From Isurus oxyrinchus (lineage: Eukaryota), in assembly GCA_026770705.1 (NCBI GenBank), contig JANJGN010000009.1:164362001-164426000 (forward strand): DNA of 64,000 nt, read 5' to 3'. Position 1 is the first letter of the stretch, and each line of letters starts with the position of its first letter. The translations under genes were made by a program, and so were the position numbers. The notes below the pieces were generated by a model. The model did no database searches. It was not told the DNA's origin and saw nothing but the letters and a program-made list of their open reading frames with translations. Shown here one piece after another: positions 26,659-38,268 of this stretch.

Positions 26659-26906
26659 GTGGGGGGAATGGGGTGGGGGGGTGCGGGGGGTGGGGGGGGG
26701 GGGGCGGGGGGGGTGCGGGGGGTGGGGGGGGTGGGGTGGGGGGGGGTGCGGGGGGTGGGGGGGGTGGGGGGGGGTGGTGGTGCGGGTGGCGGGGGGTGGC
26801 GGTGTGGTGGGGGGGGTGGGGTGGGGGGGGGGTGGGGGGGTGCGGGGGTTGGGGGGGGTGGTGGGGGGGGGGGCGGGGTGGCGGTGTGGTGGGGGTGGGG
26901 GGGGTG
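26659..26906. repeat. About 250-bp G-rich low-complexity tract (potential G-quadruplex)
   Basis: Runs of G interrupted by T, TGC or C; the source of the spurious Gly/Pro-rich ORFs. Confidence 0.9.
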
Positions 26907-27258
26907 TTATCCTGCAGAAATTTTCACATAAACAGAAAAGTTCAATCAACCCTCAGTTCTCTCTTCAACTCATCTCAGTCTGTAGCTGTCCTTAGTGACT
27001 GATAGGCTCATGTTGACAGCCTTCAATCCCAGTGAGGAAGTTGGTGTTCCTTGTGAAGGTCTCACCAGTTGACCCAGTTCAATGAGCTGGAAGTTGACAT
27101 TTAGAAATGTCGTTACACAGAGGTAAGTAAATAGAGAGTGCTGATACGGGAACTAAAATAGAAATAATGAACAAGTACACAATAATAGACTTATCACACA
27201 ATGAAGAAAGTTACAAGGGGATATGTATGCCTGATTTTCAGCTCAATCCTGACGCTTT

Positions 27259-27951
27259 GGCCAGAATTTTTCCGTCGGCGAGTTGGGGGTGGGGCCCGCT
27301 GTCCGACGTGAAAATGATGCGGGTGGAACCCCCGACATCACCCCATCCCATTTAGATATTCAGGAAGGCGGGCGGACAGCGCAATCAGCTGTCCACCCGC
27401 CGACCTATCAATGGCCAATTGAGGCCATTGACAGGATAATTAAGATAATTAGAGACCCTGCCCGTCCAACCTTAAGGTTAGTGGGCAGGCCCAGCGGCTT
27501 CTGATAATACATGAAACCTCATCCACCGGCGGGATGAGGCTTCATGTCTGTTTTAAAAAACTTTAATAAACTTTATGTGATATTTATTAACATGTCCCAT
27601 CTGGTGTGACATAGTCACATGAGGGGGGCATGCTAATAATTTTTTTTATTTTTCTATTTTTTAAATTTATAAAACTTTCAGTGCTCTCCCTGAGACAGCA
27701 CTTAGCCTCAGGGAGCAGTGCGCTCTCTTGCCCGCATGCGTGAAAGAGCTCACTCTGACAGATGGGGAATCCCTCCCACCCCCTGCACAGGAAGGGCATA
27801 GCACTTCCTGTCGGGCGGCCCACTGGGCGGGGCCTTAATTGGCCCACCCACTCAAAATGGCGGCGGGGCCCGTTTCGGCGGCGGCGATTGGCTGCCCGCC
27901 CGCCACCGAGCCAGTGGGGCCCACCCACTCATCAAGGGCTAAATTCTGCCC
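27259..27951. mobile_element. PIF/Harbinger-type MITE
   Basis: TIRs GGCCAGAATTT/AAATTCTGCCC with TTT target duplication; close reverse-complement copy at 56196-56876. Confidence 0.85.
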
Positions 27952-28588
27952 TTTGTGATTTGCACTTTTTTTCCTTAACAGAAAGGCTCTTCATTCCTCT
28001 CATGCTGATATTATCTGTTATATATGCAAATATTTGTACATTTTTTTGGTTATAACTGAAATGACGGAAGCCCTAGAAGACACTTTAATCTTCAAAGCTG
28101 AAGCTGAATATAGAAATAGTCCTATAAATGTCCGCCAGGGTGAATTCGAAAGCAAAATACTGCGAATGCTGGGAATCGGAAATAAAAACTGAAAATGCTG
28201 GAAATATTTAGCAGGTCTGGCAGCATCTGTAGAGAGGGAAAAACAGGGTTAACCTTTATGACCTTCCGTCAAAGTTCAGATGAAAAGTAATCAATCTGAA
28301 ACAATATTAATCTATTAACATCTATCACTGTCATTTTATAAGATCTTTGTTTGACTGGCAAAGCAAAAAGAACTTGCACATCCTTGGCAGAGAAAATTTG
28401 AAACGTCTATGGAGCAGTGGGAATGAAATAAGTGACAGCTCTTTCAGATAGCCAGCACGGGCTTGATGGGCTGAACGACCACCTTATGTGCTATAAAATA
28501 CCTGGATTCTGCGATATTTGTTACTCTGTTTTACCAGCATGTACTCTCACGACCTTAAGCAATTATATATCGCCCTTTATTCTTGCAG

Positions 28589-28912
28589 CTGGATTACCTG
28601 GGCTAAAACAAGTGTACGGCACTTTAGGAGAACCTGTCACACTGAAGTGTCAGTATCAAGTACCGTATTACAAACATCATGAGAAGTACTTGTGCAAGGG
28701 GTCAGAGAGGAAATCGTGCATTGTGATTGCTACAACTCAAAAACACAATGAAAACAGCGGTGGAAGGATAATTCCTATGGATAACCAGACCAGTGGAGTG
28801 TTTTCTGTGACCTTGACTGAATTATCCATGGATGATCAGGGGCTTTACTGGTGCGGAATAGATATCATCGGTTACGACAATATGGTTCCCTTACAACTGA
28901 ATGTTCTTGAAC
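28589..28912 (+). CDS. Gene B exon 3, V-type Ig domain D2 (CD300/pIgR family)
   Basis: TATTCTTGCAG acceptor and C|GTAAG donor, phase 1/1; GEPVTLKCQY..KYLCKG....SC..DQGLYWCG; aligns without gaps to D1. Confidence 0.95.
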
Positions 28913-29379
28913 GTAAGACAAACATTTATTTCTTCCTAATAAGCAGTCTCTATATTTTTAAATAAAATGTTCAATGTTCTGCTAAGTGGGACTGTTGTGA
29001 CACGCACTGTTGGCTTCTTGTGATTTATCTGATCCGTTAGCAAAGTAAGAACTTTTTAGGGAGAGGAGATTTCACATGATCCTGTGCAGGTGAAGGTGTT
29101 GGAATTCTAGGGGTGGGAAATGGACCTTGGCATAGAAGGAGGCCATTCTTCTACCAACTCCCTCTCCCCCTCCAAAGCCCTACACCTCAGCAGCAACTGG
29201 GCAAGGAGTGCCTGTAATACGAGCTTGCTTCCCCAGAAATTCCATGAGATGCGCTTCCTTTTCTGCTGAGACCAGCTATTGGTGTCATTTGGCTCCCCTT
29301 ATGCAATGTCTACTGGAGAAAGTGCCAGAGAAATATCAGCATCCTTAAATCAAAAAGAGAATAAAAGGCTACTGAACAA

Positions 29380-30060
29380 TTTTATTTATTCATTCATGGC
29401 TTATAACACGAGTATTTATTACCCATCCATTATTGCCCTTGAGAAGCTGGTGGTGAGCTACCTTCTTGAACCGCTAGAGTTCATATGTTGCGGGTACACC
29501 CACAGTGCTGTTAGAAAAGGATTCCAGGAGTTTGGCCCAGCCATTGTGAAGGAACAGCGATATATTTCCAAGTCAGGATGGTGTGTGGTTTTCAGAGGAA
29601 CTGGCAGTTGTGGTATTCCCATGCATCTACTGCCCATGACCTTCTAGGTGGTAGAAAGCGCAGGGTTGGAAGGTGCTATCGAAGGAGCCTTGCTAAGTTG
29701 CTCTGGTGTCCATTTAGATGGTACACAAGTGAAGTAATGAAGGGAGTGAATGTATAAGTTGCTGAATGGGGATGTTGATCAAGTGGGCTGCTTTGTCCTG
29801 GATGGTGTTGATCTTCTTGAGCATTGTGGGAGCTGCACTCATCCAAGCAACTAGGGAGTATGGCATCACTCTCCTGACTTGTGTCCTGTAGATGGTGGGG
29901 CTGGCTTTGAGGAGTCAGGAGGTAAGTTACTCACTGCAGAATTCCCACTTCTGACCTAGTCATGTAGTCACAGTATGTATGTGACTGGTCCAGTTAAGCT
30001 TCTGGTCAATGGTAACTCCCAGGATATTGATGGTGGGGATTCAGTTATGGTAATGCTACT
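29380..30060 (-). mobile_element. CR1-clade (HER1-like) LINE 3' fragment
   Basis: Colinear with 190-812. Confidence 0.75.
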
Positions 30061-31451
30061 AATCTTAAATCTTCGCCCAACTGTGTCTTGCCCTCTCAAA
30101 ATAGCATGGTGCCACCCTTAAGATTTTGCTTCCTCCATTAAGTATGTGCTACTATTACATGGCAACATACCTAGGTGTTCAACACAAACATGTCCACACC
30201 CATAGGATTAAGGATGTGCTAATGTCCAAGCATGGGCACTTCTGCCAATGCATTGAACTGGATAGTGATCTGATGGGAAAAGCTGAGGAAGAGTGTATTA
30301 GAAGACCTCACAGTGACCTCTATGGCATGGCATTCCAATATTCTGGCAATGGCTCACAAAATTACATTTGCTTTTCCAATTACTTCTCCACATTGCCTCC
30401 AGCCACCTCCTTGGAATAGTTTCCATTGGTTTGTTATTGATTTTAAGCTATCCAACCTGGAACAGATTCCTCCCATGGTTTAAAAAATAGATATAACGTT
30501 TGTTTAACTTCAGTTTTCAGTATGCACAGTACAATAACAACAATCTGCATTTATATAGTGCCTTAAATGTAGAAAAATGTCTCAAAGCTGTACACAAAAG
30601 CATTATCAGACAAAGTCTGACACAAAGCAGTATAAGGAGCCATTAGAACATGTGGCCAAAAGCTTGGTCAAAGAGGCAGCTTTGAAGGAGGATCTTAAAG
30701 GGGGAGAGAAAGGTAGAGTGGTGGAGAGGTTTAGGGAGAGAATTTTAGAGCTTGGGTCTTGGCAGCTGAAGCCACAACCAAAATTGGTGGAGCAATGAGA
30801 ATTGTAGAAATGAAACTGTAGAGTAGCACTCAAAGTTTATAGGAAAGGTTGATGAGTAATTACCATAAAGGTGTTATTTAAGGGCAGTGTTCGGACAACC
30901 CATTGGGACAGATGTGAAATCGCCTTACTCTGTATCTTGTGCTGATTTGGGAGTGCTTGACGCCAGCGTGTTTAGAAAGAGGAGAAGTGCTTCATTTCCC
31001 CAGTGCTGACGTGGCTGTCTGAAGAGAAGTCTCTGCTGTGGCAAACAAATTGGCAGCTGACCTTACTTCTCAAAATGGCTTACTGGCAGTTTCAGTCAAA
31101 CTCAATTTCTCATGTCAATCTCAAATTTATTTTGAAAAGGCACAATGTTCACTGCTGTGGTAAGTTTATATCATATGTAACTCAGTGTGAATTTTGCTAA
31201 TGTGTATGTATCATATTTAGGGTCCAATATCACTAATTTTTCGCTCCCATGCCAGAAGTGCAGCAGGGTGAGTTCTAGGACGACAATGTTTGGGGATCTC
31301 TGGGTAAAGAATTTCTCCTGGATACTTTATTGGATCTATTACTGACTACCTTAAATCAATGGCCCCAATTTTTGGACTTGCTCACAAATGGAAACATTTT
31401 CTCTACATCTTCCCTAACAAACTCCTTCATAATTTTAAAGAAAAGTTTGAG

Positions 31452-34400
31452 TAGAGTAATTATTTATGTTAAGTATAGAAAGGATGGATGATATTATATG
31501 GAGTCATTAAGTAAATTAGGTTAATTAATTTAATTAATTTAAAGTGCATGCTAATGCCATCGTTCCTATCTATTCAGTCATTCCATTTGGATGTAAAGTA
31601 ATGTGCAATTTATATGAAGATATAGCCATTGTCAGGAACAATAACTACTCCTCACAGCATCAGTGTCATTTTAGTATGAATTCTGCAAAGGGATGTACCA
31701 CCATCAAATCTGCAACAATTTACAGCTAAACAGTAAGTTAATTTAACACTACTCACTTTGACACTCATCATCTATTTTGTATTTGAAGACTCCATTAAAA
31801 TACAAATGGTTTCTTAACTTTTCCTACTGAGGGGAAAGGCAACTTGTTGGGTCTACAATTCAATTTATAAAATGCAGGTAAATATTGCTGCAAGCCAGTG
31901 TATATAGGATCAATTTTAATTTCTAGCTTATTGTTGATGAGCCACACCGTCAACGCAAAGATGATTTTAAAAAGCCACATTCTCTTTTTTTTAATATAAA
32001 TGGACTGCAGCAAAGGTGGCTCACCACTACCTTCTCAAGGGCAATTAAGGGTGGGCAACAAATGCTGGCCTAGCCAGTGGCCCTCATCCAGTGAAAGAAT
32101 AAATAAAAAATAATAGTTCCTCGACGCAAATTTTTTTTTGCTCCCAAACAGTTAATGAACAGGGCATATATAAACCATAGGAGAAGTCTACAGCTACAGG
32201 ACACAAGAGCAGAAGAGTTCAATCTGCCAAGTATCATTGTTGGTCTCTTATGCCTGAATGGTGTCATAATGAAATTCAGGCTATTGTGCTGGTATGGCTG
32301 AGAGTTGCAAAGGACTGTGTAGTAGAAACAATAGAAACTGTTTTCAACTACATGCAATGTGGCAGGAAATAGAAATAAACTGTAGTAATTATAGTTTTGA
32401 TAAACATAGGACTGTAGCTTTAAGGATAATCCTGTGTAGTAAGATCACATAAATGGTGTAAACCAATGAGTTAGCAGCATGGGGAATCTCTAGAGGAATT
32501 CTTCTTTAGTTATGGAGTTAGAAGTACACATGTTGCAGCTGCTGCTGCTTTGTAAATAAAGATCAATGTTTCCACCAAGAAAATTTGCCTAGAAAATCAA
32601 CCCTATAACAAACTGGCGATGAGGATAAATCAGATCCGGTATTGTCCCTCGGCCAGTGATTGTGAGTGTTCTATGTTCATTAAAAAGAAAGGAAGAAATG
32701 CCACAGTTTGGCAGAATCGATCCCTTTGAACCAGCCACAGATGACTAGTCTCAATATATAGGACATCTTGCATTCTACTTTCAAGCCAACAAACTCACGG
32801 GGGGAGGAAAAGAAGAGAGCAATTCTCCTGAGTATTTGTGGGAGCAAGACCTACAGTTTAATTCAAAGCTTGACAGGCCCCAGTGCCCCTGATTTGAAGA
32901 TCTTCAGTGAATTAGTAGACCTGGTTAAGGAACATTTCGAACCCAAGCCCTCAGTCACAATGCAGAGGTCCAGGTTCAATTCACGGAAGAGAGCCCCAGG
33001 GGAACCATTGCTGCCTACGTGACAAAATTAAAACAACTACTGGAATATTGTGACTTCAGTGAAACCCTGAATGATATGCTCAGGGATGGTTTGGTCTGTA
33101 GTGTGCAAGACGATGCTACTCAGCGAAGATTGCTGGCTGAAGTGGATCTTGATTTTAAGAAAGCATTAGAAATAGCGCTTGCGATGGAAAGCACTGTAAG
33201 GTATTCACAAGCGATTCAAGGGGTGCAAAATGACGCCATTTTCTAGTTGGGTAGGAACAGTCAGTCAAAAGTGGCGTGAAAAGCCGGGACTCTGCGGTGA
33301 AACAGGAAACAGACCCCGTTAACCAAAAATTTAGACGAAACAGCTTAGCAGCAAATTCAAAAGCTAATTTTTATCAACGTGGAAACAAAGAGATTAAATT
33401 AAACTGGTCCTAAATCTTCCAGTTGTGAACAGGAGGACTGCCAGAGCTGCTAAAAAAAATGACACTGTCTTCCAGGAACTGGGGAAAATCAAAGGCCTAC
33501 AGGCCAAGGTTTATGTGGACCCAGAAGCAACCCCTCGCTTCTTGAAGCAAGACCGGTGCCATGCGCCCTGAGAGAGAAGGTTGATGCTGAGTTGAACCGG
33601 CTAGAGAGGCTGGGTGTCATAAAAGCAGTTCGGTTCTCAGAGTGAGCAGCACCCATAGACCTTGTACTAAAACTGGATCGGTTCTGTGGGAACTATAAAC
33701 TAATGGTCAACAAAGCAGCCAAACTGGACAAGTTCCATATTCCCAAGATTGAAGACGTCTATGCTAAACTAGCAGGAGGGATAACGAATACAAAGCTAGA
33801 TATGAGTCATGCATATCAGCAACTGGAACTGGAAGATGCCTCCCGAGAATTTGTGACCATAAACACTCACAAAGGGTTATATCAATACATATTCCTACCC
33901 TTCGGTGTTTCTTCAGCCTGTGCCATTTTTCAGAGGATGATGGAGAGCTTGCAACAAGGACTACCTCAAGTTGTGGCCTATCTGGATGATGTACTAATAA
34001 CTGGATTCTCATAAAAGGAACACTTGGCTAATCTAGAGGAAGTCCTGAAATGACTTTTAGAAGCAGGAGTGGCCTAAAGAAGGAAAAATGCACTTTTCAG
34101 GCAAATGAAATAATTTATTTGGGTCACCGGATAGAGGACCAAACGTTACACTCTGTTGAAGGGAAGGTTAAAGCTATCAGAGAGACACCTGCACCTAAGA
34201 GCATCTCTGAACTAAATCATTTTTAGGGATGGTAAATTATTATGGCTGGTTTCTACCAAATTTATCAATGGTTCTAGCCCCTCCACATTCACTGCTAAAG
34301 AAAAACCAGCGTTGGGTTTGGAAGTCACCCCAAGAAGAAGCCTTCATGAAAGTCAAACAGCTCTTGCACTCTTCAAATTTGTTAGTGCACTACAACCCAA

Positions 34401-36388
34401 CAAAGGAATTGGTGCTAACCTGCGATGCGTCTCTGGAGTGAGAGCAGTACTACCTCACAAGATAGATGACGACGTAGAGAGGCTGGGAGGCTATGTATCC
34501 AGGAACTTACCACAGCCAATAAAGGATATTCTCAGATTGAAAAGGTAGGTTTGTCGATTATTCTTGGTGTAAAAAAATTCCATCAATACGTGCATGGACA
34601 ACATTTCACGATAATATCAGGCCACAAACCATTTTGGTGCCTGTTTAGTGAGGAAAAGGCTATCCCTCCCAAAGCTTCTGCATGAATTCAAAGATGGGCC
34701 CTAACTTTGGCGGTATATGAATACACCTTTGTGCATAGGCCAGGGATTCATATAGCCAATGCCGATGCCCTAAGTCGCTTTCCTTTGCAAGAGAGCAATG
34801 ACCATGTCCCAATTCCCCAAGAGCTCATATTAGTGATGAATTTCCTGGGTTCCTCACCAGTCTGTGCCAGGTAGATAAGAAACTGGATGAATCCTGTCTC
34901 AAGTGAGAGACCAAGTGTTACATGGATGGTCCCAGGAACCCGTCTCTGGTGAATTGAAGCCATTTTTCAACCAAAGGCACGAAATGAGCAGTCAAGATGG
35001 TATTCTATTATGGAGGCCACAAGTAGTAGCTCCTTCACAAGGAAGGAAGCCAATCTTAGTTGAGTTACACAGCGACTACCCGGGAACCTCCAGAATGAAG
35101 ACAATAATGCAAAGTTATCTTTGGTGGCCAGGAATGGACGGTGATATTGAGAAGGTGGTAAAACACTATGTGCAATGCCAACAGCTACAAAGGTTGCCGG
35201 AGGCAGCCCCATGACGTCCATGGGAGTGAGCTTGTGGACCCTGGGTGAGATTGCACATAGATTACAGTGGTCCTTTTCTTGGAACCATGTTTCTACTGAA
35301 TACAGAGGCTCATTCCAAGTAGTTAGATGTTTACGAGGTTGAGTTGCCAACTTCATGCGCTAATATGGAAAACCTATGCCAAAGCTTTGCTGTCCATGGA
35401 TTGCCAGAGGTAATCGTCTCAGGTAATGGTACTGCATTTACTAGCACTGAATTTCAAAAGTCTGTCTGCCTGAATGGTATCAACTACATGAAGACTGCAC
35501 CATACCATCCATCATCTAACGGACTGGCAGAAAGAGCAGTACAAACTTTTAAGGCGGCAATGAAAAAGTTAACAGGTGAATCATTGGAAACTAAACTTGC
35601 TCGTTTCCTATTTCACTACAGAACAACCTCACGACCTGTGTAAATATTGTAATGTCATGAGATAAATATCCTCATAAATACAAAATGTTAAAGGGGGAGG
35701 AATGTAGTAACTATAGTTTTGATAAACGTAGGACTGTGGCTTTAAGAATAATCCCAGGTTGTAAAATCACATCATCTGTGTAAACCAATGAATTAGCAGC
35801 GTGGGGAACCTCTAGGAAAGAATTCTTCTTTAGTTATAGAGTTGGATGCACATATGTAGCTGCTGCTGCTGTCTTGTTAATAAAGTTCAATATTTCCACC
35901 AAGAAAAGTTGCCTGGAAAATCAACTCTATAATAAAGCATACATCACGGCCAGCAAGAACTATTACAAAATAACTTCTCAAACCCCTCAGCAGGAAAAGT
36001 TAAGAAACCATAAACATTTTAATGGGTTCTTCAAATAACAAATAGATGATGAATGTCAGTGATCGAAGTGAGTCGTGCTAAATCAGCTGAGTGTTTAGCT
36101 GTAAATTGTTGCAGATTTGATGGTGGTATTTCCCTTTGCAGAATTAATACTCAAATGACACTAATGCTGTGAGGAGTTATTGTTCCTGACAATGGTTACA
36201 TCCTCATGCAGATTGTACATTATCTTATATCCGAATGGAATGACTGAATAGATAAGAACGTTAACATTAGCATGGTAGCTTAAATTAGATAAATGAATTA
36301 ATTTAAATTTAATTAATGACCGAACAACATCAAAATGCATAAAAATGATAAAAGTTATCCTTTCTATATTTAACATAAATAGTTACTG
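31452..36388. mobile_element. Old long-TIR (foldback-like) element; arms about 31452-31834 and 35983-36388
   Basis: About 380-bp diverged inverted repeats, e.g. ACCACCATCAAATCTGCAACAATTTACAGCTAAACA vs TGTTTAGCTGTAAATTGTTGCAGATTTGATGGTGGT; the interior holds a Gypsy insertion. Confidence 0.7.
32381..35934 (+). mobile_element. Ty3/Gypsy LTR retrotransposon, degenerate, both LTRs present
   Basis: LTRs 32381-32610 and 35703-35934 (TGTAG...TATAACA/TATAATA), PBS TGGCGATGAGG, PPT AAAGGGGGAGGAA; gag, RT (LPFGVSSA, YLDD), RNase H (CDAS) and integrase (PYHPSSNGLAERAVQT) with stops and frameshifts. Confidence 0.95.
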
Positions 36389-36869
36389 TGTAAGTCCTTA
36401 AATAGGAGGAATAATAAGGCAATTTAATTGGCTGCAAAACTTGATCTTGTCGAAGTATGAAAACAGTGGAATCCAATAGCAACGAAGGATGTTAATTGAC
36501 CTAATTTCAGATCAACCCATAGGATCACTAAGATGGTTCAGATGGGCCTAACACTTGGATCAGATAATTAGTTGCGCCCAGCAAGCATGAGTGCCCCACT
36601 GGATTTCAACTAATGGGGCAGCAATGCCCCTGTTTGATGGGTGGAGGCCCAGAGGAAGAACAAACTGAGTTCTTCGAGAGCAGCGACAGCACTTGAAAGC
36701 TTGTGGTTAGGCCATCCAAACAACGATAGGCATCCAGCAAACTAATTCTCCACTGCCTGCGGTGTTTCACCTGGTTTGGACTAGTAACTTTACAAAACCT
36801 AGAATATTTTGGAAAATTTGCACTCGAACACCTGATGCCCTGCTGTTCTTGTTTTTTTTGTTTTTACAG

Positions 36870-36930
36870 CTCTTACAACAACAACACTGCCCAATGAACT
36901 TCAGAAAGTAATCACCTGGGAAAATGAAAG
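36870..36930 (+). CDS. Gene B exon 4, stalk (P)LTTTTLPNELQKVITWENE(S)
   Basis: Long pyrimidine tract plus TTACAG acceptor and AAG|GTAACT donor; phase 1 to 2 links D2 to the TM exon; Thr-rich. Confidence 0.88.
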
Positions 36931-36964
36931 GTAACTATATGAATCAATCTATTTAATGAAATTA

Positions 36965-37435
36965 AAAGCAAAAAAAAACTGCAGCTGCTGGAAATCTTTA
37001 ATAAGAACAGAAAATGCTGGAAAAACTCAGTAAGTCTGACAGCATCTGCGAAGAGAGGAACAGAGTTAATGTTTCGAGTCTGTATGACACCTCTTCAGAG
37101 CTTACCCTTGTTCCGCTATTAACACATTCTGCTTTCTTACCTTTATGCCACTATCAGCACCTCCTTTAGCCCTTACCGCTACCATTAACAGTCCCTTTGT
37201 CTTTTTGTTCATGACACCTTTGTCAATGTCTCCTTAGCCCCCACCTATCACTGGCTTTCTATCCAGCTTCACCTGCTCCACCACCTCCCCACCTTAAACA
37301 GTATAAATTTCATCACATTTCTATGTCTCTTTAGCTCTGAAGAAGGATCATACGGACTCGAAACGTTAACTCTGTTTCTCTCTCCACAGATGCTGTCAGA
37401 GCCGCTAAGTTCTTCCATCATTTTCTGCTTTTATT
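36965..37435. mobile_element. Penelope-derived repeat with inverted ends and hammerhead-like cores on both strands
   Basis: CTGAAGAAGGATCATACGGACTCGAAACGTTAACT at about 37337-37371; inverted counterpart at about 37063-37102. Confidence 0.7.
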
Positions 37436-37620
37436 TAATGAAATTAATATTCTTCCAAGGATTTCAGAACAGAGCTCTGTTACTCTTGAGAAATGTGATT
37501 ACAACAGACTCACACTTCTCTTTCTCTTCTGCTGGACATAGTTTGGAGTGGAGGTCCCAGCCTGGAAGAGTGGTTTTAATTGAGAGCTGTTTCTAAGAAG
37601 GTGAGGGGGAGGGACATTAA

Positions 37621-37908
37621 AAACAAAAAACTCTGGATGCTGGAAATCCAAAACAAAAACAGAATTACCTGGAAAAACTCAGCAGGTCTGGCAGCATCGG
37701 CGGAGAAGAAAAGAGTTGACGTTTCGAGTCCTCATGACCCTTCGACAGAAGGGTCATGAGGACTCGAAACGTCAACTCTTTTCTTCTCTGCCGATGCTGC
37801 CAGACCTCTGTCAAAGGGTCATGAGGACTCGAAACGTCAACTCTTTTCTTCTCCGCCGATGCTGCCAGACCTTCTGAGTTTTTCCAGGTAATTCTGTTTC
37901 CGTTGAGA
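37621..37908. mobile_element. Young Penelope-derived hairpin insertion with 14-bp flanking direct repeat
   Basis: GGGAGGGACATTAA at 37607-37620 and 37909-37922; near-perfect internal inverted arms plus a tandem copy. Confidence 0.8.
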
Positions 37909-37994
37909 GGGAGGGACATTAATTGACCTGAGTCATCTTTGGCAAATACCTCAAGATCAGAATTCTGACACACAGAAAAACGGGGGAGACAATA

Positions 37995-38268
37995 GGGTTG
38001 CGGTATTATCGCTGAACTAGTAATTCAGAGACCCAGGGTACTGCTTTGGGGATCAATTAAAAGTCTAATGATGACCATGAAACAATTTTTGTAAAAACCC
38101 CATCTGGTTCACTAATGCCCTTTAGGGGAGGAAATCTGCTGTCCTTACCCGGTCTGGCCCACATGTGACTCCAGACCCACAGCAATGTGGTTGGCTCTTA
38201 AATGCCCACTGAACAAGGGCAGTTAGGGATGGGTAATAAATGCTGGCCTAGTCAGTGAATAAAAAAGA
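37995..38268 (+). mobile_element. HE1-like tRNA-derived SINE
   Basis: ACTAGTAATTCAGAGACCCAGGG head, CCCATCTGGTTCACTAATG core and AGGGATGGGTAATAAATGCTGGCC LINE-derived tail. Confidence 0.75.

Noticed and set aside
26584-27002. Gly- and Pro-rich ORFs
   Set aside because: Translations of a G-rich low-complexity tract.
24036-28912. V exons as rearranging Ig/TCR/IgNAR segments
   Set aside because: Each exon encodes the whole domain including the G strand and ends at a splice donor; no recombination signal sequence follows the second Cys; the KYWC...C pattern is CD300/pIgR-type.
33703-35643. Functional pol gene
   Set aside because: Multiple stops and frameshifts; the protease region appears deleted.
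37680-37900. CRISPR-like repeat array
   Set aside because: Eukaryotic context; the repeats are inverted/tandem copies of a Penelope-derived unit without unique spacers.
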